Part shown: one piece after another, positions 37,989 to 51,162 of the stretch
Layout of the letters: the number at the start of each line of letters is the position of its first letter
Position numbering within the stretch: the stretch's first letter is position 1
NCBI RefSeq assembly: GCF_004010195.1
Contig: NC_057751.1
Coordinates: forward strand, 11,584,578-11,648,577
Reading direction: 5' to 3'
Source of the DNA: Chiloscyllium plagiosum
Taxonomy: Eukaryota
Length of the DNA stretch: 64,000 nucleotides
Position numbers and translations under genes: made by a program
Notes under the pieces: generated by a model
Database searches by the model: none
Seen by the model: only the letters and a program-made list of their open reading frames with translations
Told to the model about the DNA's origin: nothing

Positions 37989-38679
37989 AGGACCATAGGA
38001 TCCTAGCAAATAGGATCTGGAGTAGGCCATTAGGTCCCTTGAGCTTGCTCCACTATCCAACTGGATTGTAGCTAATCTTTGACCTCAAGCCATTTTCCTG
38101 TACTATCTCTATAAACCTTGATATCTTTCCTCTCTGGTTGTCAGGCTAATGGGGAGTGCAGTGACAAAGAGGGGAACAGAATGCAATGGTTTGAGGAGAT
38201 AAGAATTTTAAATTGAAACCTGAAATTGTGGCCTGTTCTATTGAAGCAAAAGAAAAATCTTTATTTCTGACATTTCTCAGGTGTGTTACATGTGGAAAGG
38301 TATAATTTGTACATCCCAAGGTCAAGTGGCCCATTTGCACCATTTTGCTTTTGACAATACATTTGTATTTGTGGTTACATTACATATTTGTACATTCACC
38401 AGTTTGAAGTGACTGCAAACCAAGGAGTTTTACACTTTTTCAGTTTGTCACATGAATTCTGTCTGGGCAGCTTGGTAACTAAATTTTCCACAACAAAGTC
38501 TAGATTTGAATAGAAAGCATTTGATTGGACTTTCTTTGAAAGCTGCTGCATTCCCCTTGCAAAAATGATGAGTCACAATGGAAAATTAATCCTCTTGGTT
38601 CCTAAGAGTTTACATACAACTCACCCATTTGATCAGATATAATCACAGACAGTGGGCAGGTTATGGGTCAAAGAAAAGT

Positions 38680-39215
38680 TCATTTATATATTATTTCCAA
38701 ACCTCACGACACCTCAATATGCCTGACATGCAATTAAGTTGTAATGTAGACTAATATAGCTGTGGACTTGTCCACATTCAGGTCCTTCAAAATGCTACGT
38801 GATAAATAATCAGATAAGCCTGATAGTTAAAGAACAAATATTGATACAACAGTCACAAGATCTTTTATGTCCATTTAAGAAAGCAAATATAATCTCGGAT
38901 TAATATTTCATTGGAGACTCAGCATCACCAAAAGTGGAGCACTCCCTCTATGATGAAGTGCCATCATGGATTATGCAGTTAGACTTCTGGAGTGGAACTT
39001 AATGGATGTGGACATGGTTACAACATTTATAAGAGACTTAGATAAATACATGAATGGGAAAGGTTTGGAGGGATATGGGCCAGGAGTAGGCAGGTGGGAC
39101 TAGTTTAGTTGGGATTATGTTCAGCATGGATTGGTTGGATGGAAGAGTCTGTTTCTGTGCTCCATTACTCTATGACTGCACCATTCTTGAACAGAGGCAG
39201 GAGCACTTCTACTCA
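38680..39215 (-). mobile_element. DeuSINE (SacSINE1-like) interrupted by a HER1 3' tail (39003-39176, +)
   Basis: GATCTTTTATGTCCA...GCACTCCCTC...CTGGAGTGGAACTT pattern; HER1 tail GGGATATGGGCCAGGAGTAGGCAGGTGGGACTAG inside. Confidence 0.55.
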
Positions 39216-40155
39216 GGTAAACTTCATCACAGATTTCAGAGTAGATCATAAATTACAGAATTGCTATCTTGCTCAGGCAATCAAAGTAGTTGCTAAGTGG
39301 ACATTGCTTCACAGAACCACAGAATCATGGTGCTTATGGAGGCCATTCAGTCTATTGTGTCGGTACTTGTTCTCTGAATGAACAACAAGATTTAGTGCCA
39401 TTTCCCACCCTTTCCCAATAACATTGCACCATGTTTCTATTTAAATCACCATCTAATGCCCACATGAATGTCTCAACCGAACGTGTCGTCACCCCACTTT
39501 CGGGCAGTTCATTTCAGAGTTGAACAACTCACTGAAAAGACTCAGCTGAAAAGAAATTCTCACATCTCATGTGCTGCTTTTGTAAATTACTTTAAAACTG
39601 TGGCTTCTTGTTATCATTCTATTTACAAGTGAGAACAGTTTCTCTCTTGGTCCAGATCCATCACAATTTTAAAAACGTCAATCCAATTGCCTCTCAGCCT
39701 TCCCCTCTCCAAGGAAAACGGTCTTGACTTCTCCAATCTATCATCATCACTGAAGATTTTCATCCCTAGAACCTTTGTTGTAAACTCCTTCGACATTTAC
39801 TCCATGGTGTTTATGTCCTCCTAAAGACTGGTAGTCAAAACTGACACTGATTGCTAATGAGTTACTCAGGTTTGTTACAACTTCCTTGCTCTTGTATTCT
39901 ATCCCCCTATTCATCAAACCTAGAATAATTTTTTTAGCTGCTCTCTGTACTTGTCCTGCCATTTTTCACAACTGTGTATGTATTCAAGCAAGTGTCTCAA
40001 CTCCTGCATACCATCTAGAGTAGTAATCTTTATTTTGTACTCTTTCTCCATGCACTTTCTCCCAAAACTTATCATCTCACACTTCTCTGTCTTGAATTTC
40101 ATCTTCCATCTACCTGCCCACTCCACCAATATATTAATACCTTTTTGAATATCTC

Positions 40156-40290
40156 TGAAATAATTCCACAGAAGCTGTTATTCCCTCACCAATACCCTTT
40201 ATTTACACGTGGAAAGTCCTTCACACAGATCCAGCTCCCACATAGCCAGCTCATCGAGTGAACAGGATGTCTGACACTCCTGTTTATTTT
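40156..40290 (-). mobile_element. Partial LTR, same family as 31011-31244
   Basis: TGAAATAATTCCACAGAAGCTG...TTTACACGTGGAAAGTCCTTCACACAGATCCAGCTCCC...GAGTGAACAGGATG. Confidence 0.8.
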
Positions 40291-40311
40291 TTTTTCAGGA
40301 TCTCTAACATT

Positions 40312-40888
40312 CCTGTTTTTTTTTCTTATTTTTTGTATTTTTTTCCTTTTTTTATTACCCCTACACTACTGCCTAACTGCGGTAGTGCTCATTTTTCCCC
40401 AGCTCCCATGTTGTGTTTGTGTAGGTGTGAGACACAGTGAAAGGCACAAGGTGCACGAATCTTTATTCAGTTTCCACCACCAGGGAGAAAGGAAACACCC
40501 AAGTGGCCAGTGACAAGCAGTGTCCTTCACATCAAAGGGCAATGCTGTGTGATCAAACAGTGAAGGGGAGGGCAGGGATTAAATCAAAATGGAGTTGGAG
40601 AGAGAAATAATGTACTCCACTCCATGCGGCACCCACCTCTCCCTGAACAGCTCCAGGGTGTTGGTGGACACCGAGTGCTCCTTCTCCAGAGACACCCGGG
40701 CTCTAACGTAACCGCGGAAGAGGGGCACACTCCTTTTTTTTTTCCTTTTTTTTGAGACACAGTGAAAGACACAAGGTGCACGAATCTTTATTCAGTTTCC
40801 ACCACCAGGAAGAAAGGAAACACCCGAGTGGCCAGTGACAAGTGATGCCCTTCACATCAAAGGGCAATGCTGCGTGATCAACAGTGAA
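40312..40888 (-). mobile_element. Tx1/L1-type LINE 3' ends, two in tandem
   Basis: Minus strand ORF2 end PLFRGYVRARVSLEKEHSVSTNTLELFRERWVPHGVEYIISLSNSILI*; A-rich tails at ~40312-40355 and 40734-40753; ~135-bp 3'UTR duplicated. Confidence 0.75.
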
Positions 40889-42273
40889 TCACTGCACTCC
40901 ACTGTTCAGTACACAGTTTACACTGCTTCCAGGCTTCCAGTATTGTCCAAAAACTACACCAAGGTCTTTGTCATTAATACTTATGAATATAATGAATCTT
41001 GTCTTGATGTGATCAATTGCCTATTTTCTAAACCAAGATTCAAAGACATCCTTGATAGATACGTAAGTACAGGACCATATTTAGTCTCAAACTGATGCCA
41101 TTCTTTGATTAGCTGAGGTTGAGGTTCACCTTTCTGTTTAGTTGCAGGGTCAGCACTAAAGTTCTTTCCGCTTATCTATTTTTACATCCTCAGTGTTGCC
41201 TGTCCCTTGACTGTAGTTCCCACTGGCAGTACTACTATCTCAATTTCTCCTGAAAACAGAGTTGCACCATTATCCTCATGGAGTCCAAGGCAGCTGATGA
41301 GATAGAAACCACCTTATTTTTATTTAAAGCAAGTTTATCGACTTTCTCAGTCTTTCAGCTTTCATACCAGACCTGGTGTCCCAGCTGTTTCTGATTTATA
41401 TGCACTTCAGCTTCTCTTATTTGATCAATTATCAGGGTTGTTGCTAATGAACTTGAAGACAGAGAACCTGTATTGCTCACTTACCATTGAACAGTCACAT
41501 TATCTTCACTCACATTCTAATTTGCTGCTGTCCTATTACTGTTGCTGTTGGTGCTGGGAAGTATAAATAATTGTGCAAATGTCCAAAAAAACTTGTCTAC
41601 ACAGCGCATGTCTGGTTCAGACTGCCCCAAAGTTAACTTTGAATAGAACATGAGTGCACTGATGAGGAGTATTCGTAGGGAGTTAACTGACTCTGTGAAA
41701 TTATTTACTCCATATTGTTTGGAGGCCTAATGAAATAAAATTTGAAGAGCTCAGAAGAGTACATGTCTGTACCTCAACAGTGAACACAGTGAAAAGATAA
41801 GGTCTTATAATTCTGATGTAAACTTACAGCAAGGGAACAAGGCAAGGAGGAGGGGTTATCCTCATGCATGAATACATCTGTCTTACCCAAGTGTCTGCAG
41901 AGAATTGGCTATTCAAGCAAACAATTCCCGACCTCTGTCAGGGATTGGAAACTAATGTAGAACAAGACTTGCAGAGGATATAGACTCCTGAAAGCCATTG
42001 GAAGTAACAGCTGTTCTCAGTTTTCTGGTAGTTCTGACGTCTGTCTGTCCTCTGAAAGTATTATTGTAGCTTTCAGTTTGTCTCCAATATCGGACTGTGT
42101 CGACCAACTGAAAGTGATTTGGTCAACATCAAAATAAAACAGATTGAGCTTCCTCACTGGTTTTGGGCAGCTGAACATGGACTAAAAACACACCTCCTGC
42201 CCAGTATGTAGTCAGATCCCACAAATGGTTTCAGTTCTGTTCATTATCACTGACAACACTGTTTATTTCCCAG

Positions 42274-42485
42274 CTTCCAGAGTAAGATCACCAAATCCTC
42301 ATTGGAAACATGCAGAGAGCTTGCAGTTGAAGAATTTTTCAGATCATGCTGCAGCTGAATTCATTGGTACCAAACCGAACAGATATGAGTCTTTTATGCC
42401 TGTCCTTTACATTGGCCAAATTTGTCCATCTCAGTGTGAAATAACATGCTTGACAAATGGTCAAGTGAGGAAATATCATGAAAAG
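42274..42485 (+). pseudogene. Candidate exon, open frame (212 nt)
   Basis: Acceptor GTTTATTTCCCAG, donor AAG|GTATTT, no stops: (A)SRVRSPNPHWKHAESLQLKNFSDHAAAEFIGTKPNRYESFMPVLYIGQICPSQCEITCLTNGQVRKYHEK. Confidence 0.45.
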
Positions 42486-43092
42486 GTATTTGCTTTCAGT
42501 TATTTATGAGAGTTTTGTTGTGTGGTGATGAAAAATAAATATCTGAAGGGACAGGGTTGAATGGTGGAGGCTGAGTGGCAAACACTCATCATCAGGTTGC
42601 TGAATGTATCAGTCATGCAGTCATACAAATGAGGTTCCCTTTTCGGGATCACATGTCACACAACCAACATTGCTGCTCAACTTTGTGCATGCGTAACCAA
42701 AACAATTCAGTGTTAATTCAAAAGTGTTGCAGCAGATTTTGAGAAAAGGGAGAGGGCAAATATTCTGTAGAAACTGGAAGCTTCCCAATGGAATGGGAAG
42801 CAGATCTAAATTGTGTGGTTGCACAGATTTCGAAAAGCAGAATGGCCAATAGGAACAACAGCAAAAGACAAAAATGCAAGTAACCCCAAGGACAGGGCAG
42901 ATGAATGGGATTTGAGTTCACATGCACACAGACCAACAGCGTTGGGCTGAATGGATTCTTCCTGTGCTGAGATTTTGAGGTTTCCTAGATATTTGACTCA
43001 TGATTCAACATTATCAATATCTTAACTTCAATATTTCACAATTACACTGAGAAATCAGCAAAATCTCAAACAGCTACTTACAATTTCACAAA

Positions 43093-43370
43093 GTTAAAAA
43101 TCACACAACTCCAGGTTATAGTCCAACAGGTTTATTTGGAAGCACTAGCTTTCAGAGAGCTGCTCCTTCATCAGGTGGTTGTGGAGTAAGACAGAGAATT
43201 TATAGCAAAAGTTTACAGGGCGATGCAACTGAAATGCTATATTGATAAAGACCTGGATTAAGTCTCTCATTAAGTCGTTAAGTCTCTCATCTCAACATGG
43301 TTATTCTAAAAGATGAGTGATTTTTAACTGTGTACACCCCAGTCCGACACTGGCACCTCCAAATCATGAC
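43093..43370 (+). mobile_element. Penelope-like element, family B (right arm mostly deleted), hammerhead on minus strand
   Basis: Minus: CTGATGA-A-GGAGCAGCTCTCT-GAAA-GCTA; tail CTGGCACCTCCAAATCAT; exact 14-bp TSD TACAATTTCACAAA at 43079-43092 and 43371-43384. Confidence 0.85.
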
Positions 43371-43615
43371 TACAATTTCACAAACGTTCTTGGAGCAGAT
43401 GAAGCATCAACCATCGTGGCCGAGCATTTGTTTTATTATGGTCTTAACTGTCCGAATACTTTTCACTGACCAGTGAAGCCATATGATAGGAATGGTTCAG
43501 ATCTGACATTCGTGATGACTGTTTGAAAAAAATGAGTTACACTCATTTTGCAGAAAGGCAACCTCACAAAGTTATCTTCGGCTCGAAAAAGATGAACAGT
43601 CGTATCTTTCTACAG

Positions 43616-43961
43616 GCCAGACTTGATGTTGGCCTTAAGTGATTTGTCTACTGCAAACAGGAGATGGACTCATGTCTGCCAGTGTTTCTTCTGTAAATTT
43701 CGGAGCTCCGGGGTGAGCTGTGGGCACTTAACTTTGGTCCCTGAAGCAAATCAGCTTGGCTTTTTCAGTGTCAATGGCAGTGGAACTGTACCTGCTGTTG
43801 TTATTCTTCCAAAAGTGGCAGTGGCTTTGGGAGAAATATGGAACAAAGCAGAGAAATCCAAAAGTGTTTGGTTGCAATCCCACTCTCAATCCAAAAGCTG
43901 CATATTGAGGTTCCTTCGCAAACTCCATTCCCACCTACCATCCCAGACTGTAAAACAATGA
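43616..43961 (+). pseudogene. Candidate exon, 112-aa open frame
   Basis: Acceptor TATCTTTCTACAG immediately before ORF 43623-43961; no family recognised. Confidence 0.3.
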
Positions 43962-44151
43962 AAAATTACACATTGCTGCTGCTAACCTTGCTGTAAGAGC
44001 CTTTGTAAAGCTTACAGCATGCTGAATGAAGTATAGCTTGTTTAATGAACATAGAGTCAAAGAATCCCACAGCAAGGAGACAGGTCCTTTGGCCCAAACC
44101 TAACAAAATGTCCACCTATGAAAACACCATTTCCCTGCACTTGGCCCATAT

Positions 44152-44459
44152 TAGATTAGGTTCTCTACAGTGTGGAAACAGGCCCTTCGGTCCAACAAGT
44201 CCACACCATCCCCTGAAGAGAAACCCACCTAAACCCATTCCCCTACCTGATATTTATCCCTGACTAACGTACCTAACACTGTGGGGAATTTAGCATCACC
44301 AATTCACCTGACCTGCACATCTTTGGATTGTGGGAGGAAACTGGAGCACCCAGAGGAAACCCACGCAGACACAGGGAGAATGTGCACACTCCACACAGGC
44401 AGATGGGAATCGAACCCAGGACCCTAGTGCTGTGAGGCAGCAGTGCTAACCACTGTGCC
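44152..44459 (-). mobile_element. HE1 SINE nested in LINE
   Basis: Full reverse HE1; GCCCATAT repeat at 44144-44151 and 44460-44467. Confidence 0.92.
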
Positions 44460-47413
44460 GCCCATATCCTTCTAAACGTTTTCTATCCATGTATTGTCCA
44501 AATACTTTTTAAATGTTGTTAATGTACATGCCTCAACAACTTCCACCAGTAGCTCATTCCATATGTGCACCGCCCTCTGTATAAAAAAGTTGCCCCCCAG
44601 GGTTCCCTTTTATTCTTTCCCCACTAACCTTAAACTGATGCCTCCGGTCCTCGATTCCCCAACCCTGGGGAAAAGACTGAGTGCATTCAACCTATCCATG
44701 CCTCTCATGATGTTATAACCCACTATAAGATTCCCCCATCAGTCTCCTATGTTCGAAAGAAAAAAGTCCTAATCTTTCCAACCTCTCCCTTTGACTCAGA
44801 CATTGAGTCCTGGCAATACCCTTATAAATTCCTTCTGCACTCTTCCCAGTTTAATAACATCCTTCCTATAGCAAGGTGGCCAAAAATGAACATGATACTC
44901 CAAGTGCGGCCTCACAAACGTCCTGTATAAAACTGCAAAATAATGTCCCAACTTCTATACTCAATGCCCTGACTGATGAAGGCTAGTGTGCCAAAAGTCT
45001 TCTTCACCGCCCTGTCTACCTGTGACTCCACTTTCAGCGAACCATGCACCTGATCGCCAAGGTCCCTCTGTTCCACTACGCTCCTTAAGGCCCTACCATT
45101 CACCATGAAACTCCAATCTTGAATTGACTTTCCAAATGCAAGACCTCACAATTATTTATATTAAACTCCATTTGCCATTTCTCGGTCCACTTCCCCAGCT
45201 GATTAAGGTCTTCTCAATTTCTGATAATCTTCCTCACTGTCCACAATACCACCTATTTTAGTGTCATCCGCAACCTTATTAATCATGCCTTGTACATTCT
45301 CATCTAAATCATTGATAAACATAACAAACAGCAATGGGTCCAGCACTGATCCCTGAGGCACTCCACTAGTCACTAGTCACATGCCTCCAGTCCAACAATC
45401 ATCCTTCCACTATTACCCTGTTTCCTATCATCATGCCAATTGTGTCTCAAACTTTCCAGCTTGCCCTGGATTCCATGTGATCTAGCCTTCCAGAGCAGCC
45501 GACCATGTGGAACTTATCAAAGACTTACTGAAATCCATATAGACTACGTCTACCACCCTGCCCTTGTCAACCTTCCTGGTCACTTCATCAAAGAACTCTC
45601 ACAAATTTGTGAGGCATGAACTCCCACTCACAAAGCAACGCTGACTACTCCTAGTCAAACCCTGTCTTTCCAAATGAATGTATAGATGATCTCCCAGAAT
45701 CTTCTCAAGTAACATACTCACAACAGATTTTAAGCTTACTAGTCTATTTTCCCAGGTTTTTCTATGTAGCCCTTCTCAAATAATGGTACAACAAACGCCA
45801 TCCTCCAGTCTTTTGGAATCTCACCCATGGCTAACGATGACTCAAAATTATCACCCAGGGCCGCAACAATTTCTTCTCTCATCTCGAACAGTGTACATAC
45901 CTTGTCAGGGCCAGGAGATTTATCCACCATCATACATTCTAATACATCCAACACCACTTCTACTTTGATATGGACTGTTCCCAAGATATGACCACTAACT
46001 TCCCAAAGTTCCCAAGTCTTCATGCCTTTTTCCATGGTAAACACAAAGGAGAAATATGAACTGAGAACCTTGCCCATCGCCTGTGGTTCTCCACATACAA
46101 GTCCATTTTAGTCCTTGAGGGGTCCTATTCTCTCCCGAGCTATTCTTTTTCCTTTAATATACTTAAAGAACCTCCTTGGATTCACCCTAATTTTATTTGC
46201 CAAGGCAATCTTGTGCCCTTTTTTGCCCTCCTGATTTCCTTCTTCAGTAAACTCCTGTATCCCCAAGATACCTCAAGGGATTCCCTAAAGCCCAGCTGCC
46301 TGTACCTGAGCCACACCTACTTCATTTTTCTGGTCAAAGCCTCAATATCACTCGTCATCCAGGGTTCCCTACTCCTGCTACCTTGCCCTTCACCCTCACA
46401 CGAACATATGAACCTTGAACTCTAGCTATCTCACTTTTAAAAGCCTCCCACTTGCCAGAGGGCCCTTTGCCTGCAAAAAAACCACTCCAATCAACCCCTG
46501 CAAGCTCCTGTCTAATTCCATCAACATTCGCCTTGCCCCAATGTAGAACTTGAACCTGTGGACCAATTTTGTCCCTCTTCATAACTATCTTAAAATTAAT
46601 AGAACTATGGTCACTGGTCCCAAAGTTCTCCCCCTCTGTCACCTCAGTTATCTGTCCTGCCCTGTGTAAGTCAAATTCTGCCCCTTCCCAAGTAGAACCC
46701 TCGATATACTGCTTGAGGAAACTTTCCTGATACACTTAACAAATTCCACTGCATCTAAGTTCTTAATGCTCTGACAGTTCTTAATGCTCTAATTTCTCTA
46801 TGTTAGAAAAATTAAAATCCACTCCTAAGACAACCCTATTATCTCTCCAAGTCTCCCCAGTCCCTCTACATATTTGTTCCTCTAATACCCGCTGATTACT
46901 TGGGGGTCAATAGCACAACCCCAATAACGTCAGCTTTTTATTTCTTAGCTCCACCCACAAAGCTTCACTGGGTGATCCTTCAGTTATTTCATCTCTGACT
47001 ACTGTTGTGATGCTCACCTGAATCAAAAATGCAACTCCCCTCTCTTCCCCTCCTTCCACTACTTCTGCCCCATCTCCAGCAGCTGTACCCTGGCACATTA
47101 AGCTGCCAGTACTGTCCCTCCTTTAGCCATGTTTCTGTAATGTATTTAATATCCCAGTCCCACGTACCTATCCAGACCCTGAGTTTATCGGCCTTACCTG
47201 TCAGCTCCCTTACACTGAAATAGATGTAATTTAATTCATCAGGCATTCCTTGCTTCCTGTCATGTTCCAGCCTGACCTGTCTCTTCACTTTACTATTTCT
47301 GATCACTGTACCTCCTTCAAGCTGTGCACTTGCCTCCCTGCTATTGAGGATTCCACCTCCCTGCCAATCTAGTTTAAACGCTTCCTGATAGCACGAGCAA
47401 ACCTGGCCGCCAA

Positions 47414-47697
47414 GATTAGACTACTTACAGTGTAGAAACAGGCCCTTCGGCCCAACAAGTCCACACCAACCCACCAAAGCACAACCCACCCATACCCCTA
47501 CCCTAACACTACGGGCAATTCACCTGACCTGCACATCATTGGACTGTGGGAGGAAACCGGAGCACCCGGAGGAAACCCACGCAGACACGGGGAGAACGTG
47601 CAAACTCCACACAGTCAGTCGCCTGAGGCGGGAATTGAACCCGGGTCTCCGGCGCTGTGAGGCAGCAGTGCTAATCACTGTGCCACCGTGCCGCCCA
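47414..47697 (-). mobile_element. HE1 SINE (CpG-rich, young-looking) nested in LINE
   Basis: Reverse of GGGCGGCACGGTGGCACAGTG...GGGTTCAATTCCCGCCTCAGGCGACTGACTGTGTGGAGTTTGCAC. Confidence 0.93.
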
Positions 47698-49192
47698 AGT
47701 GAAGATGTTGGTCTCCCTCCAGTTCAGGTGTAAAACATTCCTCTTGAACAGATCACCCCTGCCCCAGAAAACATCTCAATGAGCAAAATATCTGAATCCC
47801 TCCCCCCTGCATCAATTGTGTCGCCCTGCATTCATCTGTCATAACCTCCTGTTTGTACCCTCACTAGCATGTGGCACTAGCAGTAATCTGGAGATTACCA
47901 CCAACAAGATCCTGGTTTTTAACTTTTCTCCTTGCTCTCTATAATCACTCATCCCTATTTCTATCTATGTCATTTGTGCCATGACTTCTGGCTGCTTACC
48001 CTCCCCTTTGAGAACGTTCTGCAGCTGCTCCAAGATATCCTGGACCCTAGCACCTTGGAGGCAACACATCATCCTGGATTCCCATTTGCAGCCACAGAAT
48101 CTCCTGTCTGTCCCAGGATCACAACTGTTTAGCATCACAACTTCTCTAAACCTGTTAAATACCTTCACTGGCCCTGATATAGTGTAAACTAATTTGTTGA
48201 ATATCAAATTTTTCCATTGCAATATAAAAACTCCACATATGAGTAAAATAATAAATGCTTTTAAAAATGTTTATCTTAGTTTCTATCTGATTTTAATCAT
48301 CAATATTTATTGTGGGGTCTGAGAACTTTAAATAAAAATGGCTTCACTGCTTTTAACTACCGGGTTTGTTGTCTGTGAGAATACTTCAATGTGATTAGTT
48401 GCAAACCTGGACATTTGGAGGTCCCTTCTTTGATTGCCAAAGTTTAACTACAATGGGGAAAGTGGAAATCTATCATAGTGATCACTGGACCCTTGTGGAC
48501 AGCTAAGTTCAAGGTTAGTGGTGGACCTCACTGCATCGCTGTTGACGGAAAATATGGCTTCACGAATTATATGACCAAAAATGTTCTTATCAAACTATCA
48601 AAGTATGCAAGACTCCTTGAATCCTGACTTACTTGTTCCATGCTTATTAGTTGCCAGTGTTCAAAAGATGGTTCAATGTGGAGATCTATCATGATCCCCA
48701 TAATTAAATTCTATCTTCATCATCACACAAATGTTGCGTGGTGAGAATTAACACTTCAAAGAGCAGCTGAGGTGAAGGTCACTCCAGCTAATCTCATTAT
48801 CAAAGATAATGAATGGGACACTGAGCTACAGAGGTGACAGGAAGTCTTACATTAAATCAAGTGTTGAGAGCATGAAATGTTAAGCTTTTATAGAAGAAAA
48901 GCTTCCATTTATCATTGTGGTGGCAGTGGGGATTTGTTTGGTTTTAGTCTGGACTAATGGCAGTAGGGGTTTGGATCATGTCCATTCTGATTCAGTGAAG
49001 GTGGAGAAGGCTATTTGTGCCCTGGGGTGGGTTGCATTGGGTCTCTGGAGAATGTAAGGGGCCTCAGGATGCTGTAATTGGGGGGGTGTAATGTAAGTAT
49101 GGGGTCAATTGAAAATGTTTCTCACAGGTCAGACCATCTATTTAAAAGTCCAACCTTTCCTGAGTAAATAAATAGTTTACTTAATTTCATAG

Positions 49193-49386
49193 GAACCCTC
49201 TAAGGTCTCTGATTTGAATGGCGGCTTTCAGAGGGCCCCTTGTATGGAGGAAATGCCCAGCAGAAAATTACATTTCCGGAGCAGTTCCTTCAGAATCTGT
49301 GAGGATGGGGATTCCACAAGGTCCTCAAGCATTGTTTCCATCTCTGCTGGTGTAATGACCGCCTGGCTAGTCGAAAACCTACACAG
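49193..49386 (+). pseudogene. Candidate exon, open frame (194 nt)
   Basis: Acceptor TTTACTTAATTTCATAG, donor ACAG|GTATTT, no stops: EPSKVSDLNGGFQRAPCMEEMPSRKLHFRSSSFRICEDGDSTRSSSIVSISAGVMTAWLVENLH. Confidence 0.45.
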
Positions 49387-49429
49387 GTATTTTGTACATA
49401 TACACAGCAAGGATAATGGAATGCAAAAG

Positions 49430-49865
49430 TAGGTATGTTTTGCTCTACTTGTACAGGGTCATGGTGAGACCACATCTGGAATACAGTACTTTGTTTTGGT
49501 CTCCTTCTGAATGAAAGGATATACATTTTCAATGGAAGTGTTTCAGAGAAGTTGGGGGGGGGGGGGGTGGATTTGACCTTATGAAGAAAGGTTGAACAAG
49601 CTGGGATTCTACCCACTGGAGTTTGGAAAAACAGGGGTGATCTTCTTGAAGATTCTGAGAGGGTTTGATAGGGCAGTGAAAACTTCTTGCCACAAATGTG
49701 TATATTTAAGGCAGAGACAGATTCTTAATCAGGGAAACAGGGGTGAGAGGAAAAGGCAGGAAAATGGACATGAGGAAATGTTGGATCATCCATGGTCCTA
49801 TTGAATGGGGAGCAGGCTTGAGGGGCCAAATGGTCTACCCCTGTTGCTATTTCTTCCTGTCTTAT
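49430..49865 (+). mobile_element. CR1 LINE 3' fragment
   Basis: GGTGAGACCACATCTGGAATAC..., LNKLGFYPLEF, GGAGCAGGCTTGAGGGGCCAAATGG tail. Confidence 0.75.
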
Positions 49866-50099
49866 TGTCTTAGAAAGGATATTTCCACTTGTGGAAGAGA
49901 CGAGACCGTAAGGATAAAGGTTAAACAGAAGGGATGCCCACAAAAAAAAGTTCTAGGGAAACTTAATAGCAATTGTGGAGAAAATTGTGGAGCAATTGTA
50001 GTCTGATAGCAATTGTGGAGAAAGAGAGTGAAGATTTCCAGTCCAATATGACACATCTTTGCAATCATTTGTTCTTATGAAAATGACAGCTCTTCCATT

Positions 50100-50345
50100 T
50101 AAGACATGGATGGAGAGATTTTTTTTTTTCTCAGAGATTTTTGGAACTCTTTTTCCCCTTGGGAAGTAAACGTCGGATCATTGAATATTTTTAAGACAAA
50201 GGCAGATGGATTCTTGATGAACAAAGTTGTTATGAGATGTAGATGGAAATGCAGAGGTAAGGCCACAATCAGTCCAGCCATGATTTTATTAAATGATAGA
50301 GTAGCTTGAGGGGCTGAATGGCCAACTTCTTTTCTTAATTTGTAC
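50100..50345 (+). mobile_element. CR1 LINE 3' end
   Basis: FFFLRDFWNS...GSLNIFKTKADGFL; GCTTGAGGGGCTGAATGGCC tail. Confidence 0.7.
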
Positions 50346-50359
50346 TTTGATCCATCTGG

Positions 50360-50632
50360 TTCTGTGATATTGATTAAGGAATAAACATTGGCCAGGACTC
50401 CAGGATAACTCTATTACACCTCTACAGGACAATGGCATGATATATTTGATGTCTACCTGAGATGGGAGAGAAGCATGCTCAACATCTCATCTAAGAAAAA
50501 AACAGCACTACCAGTAGTGGAGAACTGCCCTGCAATGTCAACTCTGATTTTTATAGATGAGTTTAAGAGTCAGTCTTGAATCCACTACTTGCTTGGCTCA
50601 GAGGTAAGAGTAGCACCACCTGAGCTATGACC
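50360..50632 (-). mobile_element. DeuSINE (SacSINE1-like)
   Basis: GATTAAGGAATAAACATTGGCCAGGACTCCAGGATAACTC resembles the reverse Deu domain; tRNA-like head CTCAGAGGTAAGAGTAGCACCACCTGAGCTA. Confidence 0.6.
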
Positions 50633-51162
50633 GAACCCATAACTCATGCCAGATTTGTGGAGGAATTTTCTAGTTGCTCTGCTGAAACCAGTTACTTTAT
50701 TTCTAAAGCTGTCAATATTTGGCTTGTTAATGCAGATTTCTCAATGACAGATAGCAAAGATTTGAAGATAACCAATGTGCTTTGACATTTGACTCAAAGT
50801 TGTGTTTCATGCCAGTTAGTCCAAACATATAAATTACATATATTTTGATGGAAAGACTTTCTCAAACTTGCAATGTTGGTAAATTGTGTCCCAAGAACTT
50901 CCTCATGACACCAAATATTGCCTGGTCAAAGTTTGTAATGATCTCAGTTCAATCTCATAAGCAGGGATCAAACAATGACCTGACAGAAAACAGAGAAATT
51001 AAAATGAATCCGTAAAGAAAAACATAAAGAAGATGAAATTGCTGATGCAGAGTATCATGTTCATGTAGTTTAGTCATATTGCTCTTTGGTGCATTATCCA
51101 CACGAGGTAAGCTTGCAACAATCAGGCAAACAATATCCATTTTCTATATTATTATTTCCCAG

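Larger units (their letters stand above)
39312..41100 (-). mobile_element. Old CR1 LINE fragment hosting LTR and Tx1 pieces
   Basis: EWAGRWKMKFKTEKCEMISFG; RGIEYKSKEV; resumes after 40897. Confidence 0.75.
44050..48130 (-). mobile_element. Near full-length CR1/HER1-like LINE (ORF1 esterase, APE, RT), decayed
   Basis: ORF1 GTDRRFCG..ESRMMCCLQGARVQDI; APE ITETWLKEGQYWQLNVPGY, EALWVELRNKK, GTSDH; RT KSPGPD, VVPLF; two nested HE1. Confidence 0.93.
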
